The notes under the pieces were generated by a model that worked only from the letters and a program-made list of their open reading frames with translations, was not told the DNA's origin and did no database searches. A program made the position numbers and the translations under genes. A stretch of DNA of 64,000 nt from Eledone cirrhosa (lineage: Eukaryota). Where the stretch lies: contig OZ024743.1 of NCBI GenBank assembly GCA_964016885.1, positions 325,500,001 through 325,564,000 of the forward strand, read 5' to 3'. Each line of letters starts with the position of its first letter. Within the stretch, counting starts at the first letter, position 1. Of this stretch, positions 49,620-62,707 are shown piece by piece.

Positions 49620-51130
49620 AGGGAGTGCCGTCACACAGGCCTGTCCAATAAAGTACTAACAGGAGAGAAAATTAACCAGGAAAAGTCAGTGTGTCTGCAA
49701 CTTGGCACCTGGAGAAGCAGGTCCATGCCACCTGGTACTGGACAGACAAACCGGTTAAATTGCTTGGGGTCTGGTTTGGTCTGGACCTCCAGCTGGACAA
49801 AAACTGTGATGAGGTGATGAACAGAAATGGGCCGAAAGAAAGCTATCCCTGAAAGGTTGGGCAGAGGTGGCAAACACGTACACTGTGTCCGTTACCACCT
49901 GACCATCATGCCTTGTGTGTATATATATACGCACTGGAGCATCTGTTCTTTTGCTTCTTGTGGAAGGGACGTGTTCCAATGATCAGGCGATTGATCGGCT
50001 GTTAACACCTGTTGCATGGAGGAGTGGCTGATGATGCACAAACATGTACTGAAGCTACGACATATCCATCTTTTCCTCAATGGTGAATAGGTGTGGTTGC
50101 CGTTCACTAGACACATGTTTCCCCAGCTTGTCTGCTTAATGGAGCTGCTGTCCTGGGTGAAGCAAAGACTAAGAAGGAACACTCGGAAACTGGAATCTCT
50201 TCAAGTATTCACAGCCCTCTACCAATTGGGCAGCAAGATTGGTGGAAACTCCACTTTGGCATTCTATAGAGAGTTAGTAGCAGATAAAAGTGACGACGTT
50301 CTTAGGGAAACTCTGGGCATCAAGAAAAAACATCTAGCCGCTCTTTTCAGGAGGACATTTGGTCCAGGGCTCATGGATAATCTTCAGAAACCCCTAGCCT
50401 GTAGTGCTACAGAAGAACTTTGCCAAATTGGAATAAACTCTACAGGCATGGAAGTGCTGTCATCTGTGCCTGTCTGAGATGAGCGTAGGGTGACAAAACC
50501 ATCCTACATGCACTCGTCTAGTGTCTGGGCATTGCTGACTTGTGGTCTATGCTGAACACCTGCTGTCATGTGTAGGATGAATCTAGATATCAGCTGAGTC
50601 CATTGTGAAAATTGCCCTGCTTCCTTCCTTTAGTTAAGAAGGGCAGGCTGTTTTTATGTGTCTGGTGGCCATGGTGAAAGAATTTGTATGGTGGACACAT
50701 TTGAAAGAGTTGAAGACCAGCACTTTCTTCTTCAGCGAAGCCCTGATTAACTTTTTCAGGTTTCACTTGAAGAGAAAAATTAAGGTATAGTGGGAAGTGT
50801 TCTCTTCCAAGCAGTTTGTTGTAAGGTGAGTGAAAGAGGCAAGCATGGCCCGAGTGTGTATCTGTAGATTGGAGGAGGACAACTGAGACAGGGGACTTGC
50901 CCTAGAGATCAGGGCACCTGTGGTTTTATGGGTTTTTTTTTTTTATGAGCAGCCCTCGAATGTCTCCTCCTTATTGAGAAATTCCCTTTGTTTAATTTTG
51001 TTACCTTTCTTTTTCACTATTCTTAAATCTGTTTACACCCCCCCCCCTACACACACACTCTATGTTTTCTTTCTGTGTCGTCCTAATGTTTTCTTGATGT
51101 TAACCCTTGTGGTGAATAAAGAAATCATTC
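49620..51130 (+). mobile_element. Tx1/L1-clade LINE fragment
   Basis: KINQEKS..LGTW, WTDKPVKLLGVWFG, and a C-terminus homologous to the 19.3-19.7 kb copy; ends aataaagaaatcatt. Confidence 0.72.
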
Positions 51131-51641
51131 ATATGCTTTGTGTCATAGAGTTATGGCCCTTTACGCTCTAAGTTTAAATCTCACCGAAGTTACCTTTGCC
51201 TTTCATCCTTACGGGGTCGATAAAATAAAGCACCAGTAATTCACTGGGGTCAATATCATCAAGTTTCCCCTACCCTAAAATTGCTGGCCTTATGCCTATA
51301 GTAGAAATCATTATTATTGGATTGGCAGAATCAGTAGAGTGTCAGACAACATGCTTTACGGCACAGAGTTACGGCCCTTTACGTTCTGAGCTCAAATCCT
51401 TCTTCGCCTTTCATCTTTAGAGGGTCGATAAAATAGCACACCAGTAATGCACTGGGGTCAATTTAATTGACTTTCCATTTACTTTCAAATTGCTGGCCTT
51501 GTGCCAAAAGTAGAAACAATTATTATTATTGATCTGCAGGTTCGTTAAAATATAATACCATTAAGCACTGGGGTCGATTTAATCGACTTACCCTTCCCTT
51601 CAAATTGCTGACCTTGTGCCTAAAGTAAAAACAATTATTAT
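51131..51641 (+). mobile_element. Tandem cluster of SINE family A
   Basis: About three head-to-tail copies ending in (ATT)n. Confidence 0.8.
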
Positions 51642-52389
51642 AGATCTACCTTCATGCCCTGTTTATTATATCTCAAGTTGTGCTGTCAATGAATAAAAAT
51701 GTGAAACAAAAGAGAATTATAGGATAAATTTCACCTACTTTCTTTTCACAGTAGTCTCATGCATACATGCATATACACCCATATCTGTGTGTGTGTACAT
51801 GTATGTGTACATATGTGTGTACAAATATGTATGTGTGTAAGATTGGGAGTGTGTGCATTTGTGAGAAAGGGAGTGTGAGTGTGTGTATGTGTATGAGTAT
51901 GTATATGTGTGTGTGTATGAGTGTGTGCCTATGTGTGTACACATGGGTGTGCATATAGAACTAGTTCTAATAAAGACATGATTACATATATACATATATA
52001 GAATTCATTGGTTATCCTCGTTTATCTGTGAGTGTGTGTCTAGATCTCTCTTACACAGCTTCAAATTGAGGTTGATTGCACACACACATACAGAAACACA
52101 TTCTTCTATTCTTTTACTAGTTTTGGATTGGATCAAATCGGATAGAACTGGACCAGACTGGTCTAGACTAGACAAAACCAGATCAGATCAGGTTAGGTTT
52201 GATTTATTATCATTTAGCCTGTGATGCAAAAATTTTCCCCGCAACCCAGAGAAGAAGTATTTTTCTATAAATTCTGCATTCCTCCAGCAGTCCTTTGGTT
52301 TTGTATAAAGGAATCATTATTGCATCTTTCCAACCCTTTGGTACTTCCCCTTCTTGCCATATTTCCAAATATGGCATTACTGATGCATG

Positions 52390-53160
52390 ACTTCTCCTAG
52401 TCTTTCACTTCCAGAATTACACTGTGGCTTCCAGTCTAAAACAAACACTATTGATATGATCTTTATAGCACGTCAAATCCAAGAAAAGTGTTATGAACAA
52501 CATCAGAACCTGTATGAGGCTTTTGTGAATTTAACAAAAGCTTTTGGTATGGTAAACAGGGCTGCTCTGTGAAAGACTCTTGTCAAATTATTGTGCCTGG
52601 AAGACTTTGTTAACTTATTCAAATCCATCAAATCCTTTCATGATGATAAGGAGACTTGGGTAAATATTGGTCGTATCATCTCAGAGTCAATCAAAGTTAA
52701 AAATGATGCTAAGAAAGGTGATCTCATGGCTCCCACTTTTTCCTCAATCTATTTCTCTGTAGTTCATATCAACAAGCACTGAATCTGATGGGTAGGCCAC
52801 ATTGTTAAATTTGACAACAGAAGAATCCCAAAGCAACTCTTTTATGGTGAGTTAACATCTGGTGCAAGACCACAATACAAACCAAAGATTCTTTAACACT
52901 GCAAAATTGACCTATCTTACTGGGAGATCTTGGCATTAGATAGAAACAAGTGGCATACCAGTATATCTAATGAGATAGACATTTTCAAGAACCTTTGGAA
53001 TGTGCTAGCATTAAGCATACAGCTAAGAAAGGCCAACATGTAGAGACCTCTATACCTCAGTTTGTATGAAATGTATGTGGACAAATATACCAGTCAAAAG
53101 TTGGCTATATGAATCATCTACATAAACATGTAAAAATTCCATAGGTCGAATATGACCACA
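52390..53160 (+). mobile_element. Degraded RTE-BovB-like LINE fragment
   Basis: CGFQ..NTIDMIFIARQIQEKCYEQ, FVNLTKAF, RIPKQLFYGEL; terminal C2H2-like CG..YQSKVGYMNH. Confidence 0.75.
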
Positions 53161-53687
53161 TCCTTGTAGCTAATTAGATATGTGGTACAAGGGGCAGAGA
53201 ATTTCGAAATAAATCAGGATTTAACAAGGCTCTCAAAAATATTAAATCATGGTCCAGATCAGAGTGAAATGATGGAAAAGGTAAACATCATTACATTTTA
53301 TGTTAGAAAATATACACAACATGAGCAAGCTTTAAAAGTCACTACAGGGTTCACAACCACTGATAGAAATGTATTATTTGTCAGTGATGGTCTCATTTAG
53401 TGAGATGACAGCTACATGTTATACATCGCCTCTAAAGTACGTAGATACCCTTTCTATCGCATCCTAGTAGCTGCCCCCACCATCACTGAGCACTCCTCTC
53501 CACGTCTTCTTAGCTATTCTGTTAGGTCACTCCAACAGCCTCTACTCATCAGCCTGTCAAATCATAGTCCATCATCCTTCCATAACTTCATACTTATCTC
53601 CCATCTCCTTTCCTCCGCACCAGCCCTGCATAGCAACAACCTCACTAGTGTTGATGCCATGAAAATTCACCCAGTACACCATCTATA

Positions 53688-54878
53688 ATCATCATCATCA
53701 TCTTCGTTTAACGTCTACTTTCCACGCTAGCATGGGTTAGATGGGAGTTGTCCCACTTGAGGCAAGGTTGGTCGGGAGACCGTGTCACGCTCATATAAGA
53801 TGATCTGGCAGGTTTTCCACGGCTGGATGCCCTTCCTAACACCAACCACATTTACAGTGTGGAACTGGGAACTTTTTACCGTGTTACCTACACAACCACA
53901 TTACAGCGTGGACTGTCTGTTTTTTGTCGTGACACCTACACGATCTCGATCTCATTTATCTCATTTATTTGGACTGGATGTTGTGGTACCAACATTATAG
54001 AGAGAGGTTGGTGGGAGTGGGAGGATAGGGTAGGGGTAGTGGATTGGGGTGTATATTTGGTTAAGAGGTGCCTACTGACTGTAGATTTCGCTTTGTACAT
54101 AGGCAAGGCGGGTCTTCTGTATTACTGTGTAGCGCCAAAGATCTCGGTCCAGTGACATTGTCTTAGAGAGATGCAAGTGTGTAAGGTTGGAATTTATCAG
54201 ATCATCCCAGGTTTTTCTGGGTCTGCCTACTTCGTAACTACCATCAATTTTGATCGCCCTGCACTTTTTTATACAGCTGTCGTCTTTCATGCGCATCACG
54301 TGGCCATACCAACGTAGTCTTCTCCCAAGTAAACAGCATCTGATCCCTCTTATTCCTAATTTCTCACTTAGTTCATTTATGCTTTGCCGTTCACGTATAT
54401 TACTATTACACATCCAACGGAGCATGCATGTTTCATTCCTTTCCAGTCTGCACAGGTCTTCTGCACGCAATACCCATGTCTCACTGCCATGTAACATTGC
54501 TGTTCGTATGCAGGCATCATACAGCCTGCCTTTCATTTTTAGAGAGAACCCTTTAGCGGCCAACAGCTGTATAAGCTTTCTGAACTTTTTCCATCCCGTT
54601 CTGACTCTGTACTGTACTTTCAGAGCACCCACCACTACTGCTGATTTTGTCACCCAGGTAATGAAAAGTGCCACTATTTCTATAGAACCATCTGGGCAAT
54701 AGAAGGAGCTAGTATCCTGTGGATACTTGCTACTTATTGCACCTGAGCATCGGCCACATATAAAGTCTACGTTCTTAGATAGTTTACCTGTGATCCCACT
54801 ACATCTTTTATGTACCCATACTTTGCATTTGGGACATAAAATGGAATTTCTGCCTACTCCTTTCCTACACACTGAGCA
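53688..54878 (-). mobile_element. RTE LINE 3' fragment
   Basis: ORF 54072-54872 is close to the 29.4-30.1 kb copy; shared 3' UTR. Confidence 0.9.
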
Positions 54879-55423
54879 TCTATGGTGGTTGGAAAAAGGA
54901 AGAGTATCTCACTGTAGAAATCATGTCAAAAAGGTTGAGTCCACAACACAACAACCTCTTTAGTGTTGGTGATCTACACAATAAACACACCCAGTACACA
55001 CTGTAAAGTAGTTGGTGGAAAGTCATTTAGCCATAGAAAGCTTGCCAAAGAAAGGGCTGGGAGGACTCTTCAGTTGTGTCAAATACATGACAAAATCCTT
55101 AGTGTTGGTGCCATGATAAAATACACTCAGTAGTGTGAGGAACCATATATAAGCAAGATGCTTATTCCTGGTTCCTGGTTTGTCTTGGAGGTCAATAGAC
55201 CTACTTCAGTACTGACTCAGTTTATGAAGTGGAAGTTAAATGATGATTATATACTATACACACACAAAACACGCACACAAACATACACACACACATATAC
55301 ATATATATATATATATATACAAGACAAGTTTGAATATTTGGATTTGCCCATTGTATTCTCATCGGTGTTGTAGGTGGTCAATCTTTTGTCAATCACACAA
55401 CACTCTGGGTGTGTGTGTATGTG

Positions 55424-55483
<60 letters not shown>

Positions 55484-56179
55484 TGTGTGTGTATATATAT
55501 ACATACATACATATATATATATACATATATACATACATATATATGTGTATCATCATCATCATCATCAACGTTTAACGTCCGTGTTCCACGCTTGCATGGG
55601 TTTGGACGGGGGTAGTCCCACTTGAGGCAAGAGTGATTGTCTTGCTCGCATAGGACTGTCTGGCAGGTTTTCTACAGTTGGATGCCCTTCCTAACACCAA
55701 CCACATTTACAGTGTGGGTCTGGGAGGTTTTTACCGTGTTGCCTACACGGCCACATTACAGCGTGGACTGTGTGTTTTTTTGTCGTGACACCTACACGAT
55801 CTCATTTGTTTCGGCCTGGATGGCGCGGCACCAACATAACTTTACATAGAACGGGGTGGTGTGGATGGGGTGGGGGTGGTGGCGGGACGGGGTGTAGTTT
55901 GTTAGAGATGCCTACTGGCAAGGCGGGTCTTCTCTGTTACTGAGTACCGCCAAAGGTCACGTGTATATATATATATAAGTTATGTGTATATATATATATA
56001 AGTTATATATTTCTTTTGTGTCTGTGTGTAAGCTTGTATGTGTGCATTAATGTTTCTGAGTGCATTGGTGTATGTTGTGATAATGTTGATAGACATTTAC
56101 TAATACTGTACACAATGAAATAGCTGCCATATTATTATTATCATTATTATTATAATTTGGCCTTGTGCTTATGTTAGAA

Positions 56180-56185
56180 ATCATT

Positions 56186-56217
<32 letters not shown>

Positions 56218-56490
56218 GTAGTAGTAGTAGGGGTGGTAGTGATGGTGGTGGTAGTGATGGTGATTTTAGTAGTAGTAGTGGTGGTGGTGGCGATTTTAGT
56301 AGTAGCAGTAGTGGTGGTTGTGATTTTAGTAGTAGTAGTAGTAGTAGTAGTAGGGGTGGTAGTAATGGTGGTGTAGTGGAGGTGATTTTAGTAGTAGTAG
56401 TAGTAGTGGTGGTGGTGGTGGTGGTGATTTTAGTTGTAGTAATGGTGGTGGTTGTGATTTTAGTAGTAGCAGTAGTGATGGTTGTGATTT

Positions 56491-56521
<31 letters not shown>

Positions 56522-56630
56522 TGTGATTTTAGTAGTAGTAGCAGTAGTAGTATTAGTAGTAGCATTATAACTATAACTATCATCAGAAGCAGCAGCAGCA
56601 GCAGCAGTAGCAGCAGCAGCAGTAGCAGCA
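56180..56630. repeat. (GTA/GTG/GCA)n tract with recurring GTGATTTTA units
   Basis: Directly visible. Confidence 0.93.
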
Positions 56631-56960
56631 CAATCCTTTTGTTTCACAACTTGTTTCTCATCATAACAGATCCAATATTTTTAATTCCTGGTGTATTGTT
56701 ACTGTGTGATCCAACAGGTAGACATTTATTTATGTTGTATATATGTATATATATATATATGCATATATATATATATATGTACACACACATAATTAAATAT
56801 AAGTTTCTGAAGTCAATGCCAAGCTCAAAACCATTGTCTACAGTGTAGCCTTCATAGAAAGTAGATGGAAAATTATGATGATTACTATATACACATAAAC
56901 ATCTGTGTATGTGTGTGTGTGTGTATATCTATACATTTATATATATATCATTATCATTAC

Positions 56961-57026
<66 letters not shown>

Positions 57027-58096
57027 TCATCATCACCGTTATATATTCATAGTTTGTGTATATTGTATTCTCTGTTCAAGTATTGTTGCTGTGTTATATT
57101 GCTTTGTATCATAATAAAAAAGTGGTACTGAGTGACTTATCAATCTGTGCAGTTATAAAGCATGTGCTGCAATGACAGAAGAAACAGAATACATACATGT
57201 ATATATATGTATTCTTTTATTGTAGACATAGTATAGACGAATAGTTAAGAAGTTAACTTAACAATCATTAGGTCTTGGGTTTAATCCCACTGTGTGGTAC
57301 CATAGCTTCAGTGCAACTTATATCCTTGGAAATAAAACAGGGTAGATGAAAACTGTTTAGAAGTCTCAAATTCAAAGGGTCAGCTTTTTCACACACAGAG
57401 TTCTGTTGACTCTCTGTGAGAATTACATTATGGATATATATGTCTGGATATATATATATATATGGATTATATATATGTCTGTAGCATGCTCAGCCATTAG
57501 CACTATAATTCCATGAGTAGGCTGCTCCATTGATTGAACAACTGGAACAATCATCATTGAAATTAATGCCAGTCCATCGATCAATTAAGTGATATGCTAT
57601 TCTTTTATTCTTTTCCTTCTTTTACTGGTTTTGGTAATTAAACTGTGGCCATGCTGGGCCACCATCTTGAAGGGATTTAGTTGATCATATCAACCCCCAG
57701 CACTCATTTCTTCAAACCTGGTACTTATTTTAGCAATCTCCTTTATGTTGAACAACAAATTATTCTAAGTGTATCTTCTTTTTCTTTTCAAAGTGTTTGA
57801 GGACTCTGCCCCCACTATCACTGAGAGGGCCATGAGGGAAAAGTCCTCAAACATTCCTTCCAGTGGGTTCTGTCAGAAGCTACCATCTCCAACTGATCCG
57901 GCTGGATCCACAAGCAAGACCAGCCAAGCTCATGGATGTTATCCAACCATCTTGCTCAGGGTCTACAGAAAACATGTGAATTAACAAACCCGCTTCAAAA
58001 TATTTTTGACAAAATCCTTAAGATATAACAGTTTAAACATGCAGATTTCAACATAATGACAGACATAGAAAGAAGGTTAGAAAAGTAATTATTTAC

Positions 58097-58179
58097 TTGT
58101 CCTCATTTCTGAAAATGGACTGACGTAACTTCTGCATCTCGCGGTCAACTCTTCGCAGTTCTTCTTCAGTTTTCATCAT
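58097..58179 (-). CDS. ZGPAT: ZGPAT penultimate coding exon (coiled coil)
   Basis: Flanked by cag| and |gtaaat. 83 nt, MMKTEEELRRVDREMQKLRQSIFRNED+AA. Resembles vertebrate ZGPAT LFQTEEKIERTQRDIRSIQEALARN, recalled from memory. Confidence 0.85.
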
Positions 58180-59352
58180 CTGTTGGATATAACAACAACA
58201 ATGTTTAAGGTGATGATATTAATGATGATGATGATGTGGCATATAACAACAATAAAAAGCACTCAGTACACACAGTAGAGTGGTCATGTAGGTGTCACAA
58301 CAAAAAGAACCCAGTACACACTGTAAATGTGGTTGGCATTAGACAGAGCATCCAGCTGTAGAAACCAAGTCAAAATCAGTTCTGTATGAGCAAGACACGG
58401 TCATTCAACCTGGCTACCTCACAACAGGATAGTTCATCTAACCCATGCTAGCGTGGAAAATGGACATGATGATTGTGATGATGATGGTGATGATGAATAC
58501 CAACAACACCATTGATGATAGTAATTATGACAATGGTAATGAAATGTGAAATATAACAACAGTGTTTAAGATGATGGCAATGATGATGATGGTAATAATG
58601 GAGATGGTAATGATTCCTTGTGTAGTAGCGCCGAATATTTTAAAATGGAAATCTATAGTTGATTCAACCAAGCCCAGTATATTACTGATGCATAAACACA
58701 CACACACACACATACATACACACACTCACACAGAGATTTAGTATAGAATAGGTGGACCTCCTCTGGTTCAGACAATGAGTACTCCAGTTGTTCAATCAAT
58801 GGAACTGTTTGTAAAATTATATGCAAGTGGCTGAGCATACCACAGATGTGTGTATCCTTAATGTAATTTTCAGGGAGATTCAGCATGATGCAGTATGGGA
58901 CAAAGCTGACCTTTTAAATTACAGGTACAACACGTTTTTGCTAGCTGAGTAGACTGAAGCAATATAAGATAAAGTGCCTTGTTCAAGGATGTAAGATGCC
59001 ACCATGAATTAAACTCAAGAACTACGATTGTGAGCTGAACACTAACACTAAGCCACATGCTTTCACACACACATAAACATAGCATTGTTTTTTACTTCCA
59101 CTTTTCCATGCTAGCATAATCTAGCTGTTTTGTGTCACTTTTCCATGCTAGCATGATCTGGTTGTTTTTTGCTTTACAGTTGGATGCCTTTCCTGATACC
59201 AACCCCTTTTAGTCACCACTTACAAAACACAGAAATACATGCACCTATTCTAAAAATCAGAACACACACACACATATACAAATGTGTGTGTGTGTCTATG
59301 TATCAGTGTGTGTATGTGATGGTGGACTAATGCCGTAAGAACCACTACTTAC

Positions 59353-59486
59353 CTGAATGTTTAAAGTACGGTCTGACTTTTTGCTAAGTTCTTGTAGAGA
59401 TATTTCTTTGCAGGTTTCAACCTTTGTAATTTTCTCTTTCTTCTTTCTCTTTCCACCAACATTCTCAAACTGTTTCCCAACACGAT
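59353..59486 (-). CDS. ZGPAT: ZGPAT (zinc finger CCCH and G-patch domain protein), third-last coding exon
   Basis: Flanked by cag| and |gtaagt. 134 nt, reads (x)RVGKQFENVGGKRKKKEKITKVETCKEISLQELSKKSDRTLNIQ, ends in phase 0 and joins the next exon in frame. Confidence 0.8.
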
Positions 59487-60141
59487 CTGTAACAAAGATA
59501 AAATAGAATACTGGTCATTTTTGAGAAATGATAATAGACCAAAGAGAAAAAAGCACCCAATCTATCCTGAAAAGTGGTCATGCTGATGACATGACTTATC
59601 TCATAATGTGACAACCCATCTAACTCATGCAAGCATGGAAAATGGATGTTAGTCAGTGATGATGTAGAGGCTAGACAAAAAGGAGCCAAACATACTCTTA
59701 TGGATGTGTAATGTTAGTGTGCATGAACAGTGAAGCATGGATAGCTGAGGGAGAAAAACTGAGTATAAGAGGAATGAAATGTAGTGTGAAAGAGATACGA
59801 TGATGATGATCATCACTGTTTAGCATCCATTTTCCACACTAGCATGGGTTGGACGGGATATGTATGGATAATGACTGTTGGCTGAAGAAGTGCCAGTAAA
59901 TGCCAGTGGAAGGAAACTGCTGTAAAGGAAGGCCAAGAAAGACCTAAGCAAAGTAATGTAACAAATGGGGAGAGGCTGTGCAGAATTGAAAGGAATTCAT
60001 ATATCTTTCAAAACATATTTAAGAGAATAAATATGGTTTCAGGATGCAAGAAGTTAAATTTTTCCATTAATACTCTTGTTTATCATCACCGTTTAACGTC
60101 CATTATTCCACGCTAACTCTTTATTATAGCTAAGTGATGAG

Positions 60142-60192
60142 TTTTGTTACTCTGGAATTTCGACTGTGTAGTTACAGGATCATCAGACAAGA
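60142..60192 (-). ncRNA. Type I hammerhead ribozyme (pLTR relic)
   Basis: Minus strand ttgt-CTGATGA-tc ctgt aactac acag tc-GAA-attc ca gagt-A-acaa. Same family as the relic at about 4260-4330. Confidence 0.72.
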
Positions 60193-60249
60193 TATTCATG
60201 TACAGGTCTTTTCCCACACAGCCACTCTTCATTAACTGGCCTCAGAAAT

Positions 60250-61325
60250 TTCTACATCAACAGTGACATTGACCACCTCTACCTGAAACATAAACAGGTA
60301 GGCAGAGGCTTAACATAGGTGGAAACAGCATCATATCTCTCTGACAACATCTACCAACCACTAAGCATAGAAGCCTATCTATAGAACAAGTATGTCTACA
60401 TGAGACAGCTAACATCATGAGAGTTGGGAAGGAGCTCCTTGAGAAATACTCCCTGCATGGTAACCAAAAACTCACACCCATAGCAATACTGCAATGAATC
60501 CATGGATGAAAAGCTGCATGGTTATCAGCAAAAATCATTCATGGTTGTGTTGCCAGAAAGCTTCAAAGTGATGGTAATATAGATAAGCAAAGTAGTCTGT
60601 CAGACCAACAATCAGTATATTGGCGCTCACTTTGAATGATATGCTTTTGCAATCCAAAAATAGGAAATACCAATGAAATACCTAATGCATAAAAGAGATA
60701 GGAATGCAGGCAATCACCTAGATGTGACAATAGATGTAGACTCTTTGGAATAAACACTGAAGATGTCACCCACACAATAAGCAGCTGTCTAAAGATTTGA
60801 TCATGATACCATCTACCGATGAGGCATGGTGTAGTGGCCAAAACACTATACAATGCAACCGGTAGAAAATACAGCCATGAGAATAAACATAAAGTTACAG
60901 TAATGAGGAGGACATACACATACACAATATGAAAAAGTATTGGTGGAATGTTCCAGTCAAAACCCCAATAAAATGCAAGCATAACAGACCAGATATTGTG
61001 ATATGGGACAGAGAAAAGAAGGTTTGAATAGTAGTGGAAATCAGCAACCCAGCAGATGTCAATAGAATGCTAAAGGTTAGTGAAAAGGAGAACATTTATG
61101 CAGAACTAATGAGAAATCTACAAATACTCCACCCTGACTATGCCTTTAGATTTGCACCTGGGATCATTGAGACTCTGAGATATCTTACTAACTGCCTGAG
61201 TACAAATCTTAAGCTGGGCTTCACAGAACCAGAAAAGAGCACGACTAGTTAGGAAGTTGCAAGTACAGACCATTGATGAAACTGTAAAAGTATCTAAAAC
61301 ATTTCAGAAATTCAGTATGTAATAA
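60250..61325 (+). mobile_element. Second R4/Dong-clade fragment (C-terminal endonuclease region)
   Basis: CRLFGI..EDVTH, RHG, HNRPDIVIWDREK, VEISNP, NIYAELMRNLQILHPDY, read across frameshifts. Confidence 0.8.
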
Positions 61326-62062
61326 CTGCATATAGACATGTATAGATTGGCACATGTAATAACATCCACACCTGCATACACACACAAACACATACATGCA
61401 TAATTACCTAATTAATGTTGCCTAAATTCCAATGAAAGAGTTTTGTTTCTATTGGTGAGAAATTAATAGAAAAAAATTAAACCGCTCATACATACATGCA
61501 TATGTACATACATACATATATATATATGTATTCATACATACACACACACACTCAAATATGTTCATACACACATACATACATACATATATATACATGCATG
61601 CGTACGTATGTACATAATACATACATACACATAACATGCATGCATATGTATGTATGTACATACATACATACCCATATATTCATACATACATATGTAGCCT
61701 CTAGTCTCCAAAAGTAAATGCGGTAAGAGATTAGAGACTACAGTGTTTGGCAATTGAAATCAAACAGACAATGCAGGTCTGAGAGGAATCTTCAGTATGT
61801 ATGTATGTAACAACAACCCCTCACTCTATAAAATGATAGTACTTGTGCTACAAAAAACACACCCAGTACAGTCTATAAGTTGGTTAGCATTAGGAAGGGC
61901 ATCCAGCTATAGAAATCATGTCAAATATGGAATGTAATGCACAAGATAGGTTGCTCTGACCCATCTGGTCTCAGACTGTGTCAACTCATCCAACTAATGC
62001 CAGCACGGAAAGCAGAAGTATGATGATGATGATGATGAAGATGATGGTGGTGGTGGTGGTGG

Positions 62063-62132
<70 letters not shown>

Positions 62133-62636
62133 AGTGATGATACACCACATCTAGACACACACACATATACAGTTGTCAGCCCCACATCAAACCCCCAAAC
62201 TATTCCAACATGTTGACCAATGTAAAATACCAAAATGTCACGGTAATGTCATATAATGTGGCTTCTCTTGTGTCGTGGGGTTTAGGGTTCCATCAACACT
62301 CCTGCTGAATGTTACTGGTGTCATCAGATGGAGATATTATATACTTTTAAATATACACATAAAACACGCACACATACACTCACATGCACACACAAACATA
62401 TACACACACATACATTGACAAGTATATCTATTCACACAAACACACACGCATGTACAGGTTCATATACTCACACATGCACACAAACACATATCTTAAAATA
62501 CATACATACACACACAGTAATCTCTGATATAATGTGGCTGACTCTTCTTGAATGTTAGTGAGGTGTGATCTGATGTCTATATACACCCTTATGTGGGTGT
62601 AGATTTGTGTGTGTTTGTATACACACACACACACAC

Positions 62637-62707
<71 letters not shown>

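Noticed and set aside
61694-61800. Hairpin plus minus-strand CTGAAGA as a possible ribozyme
   Set aside because: No GAAA at the right place and no stem I; only a 15-bp hairpin is supported.
61981-62233. Poly-His and poly-Ser ORFs
   Set aside because: Translations of a (GAT)n tail on a SINE/RTE 3' end.
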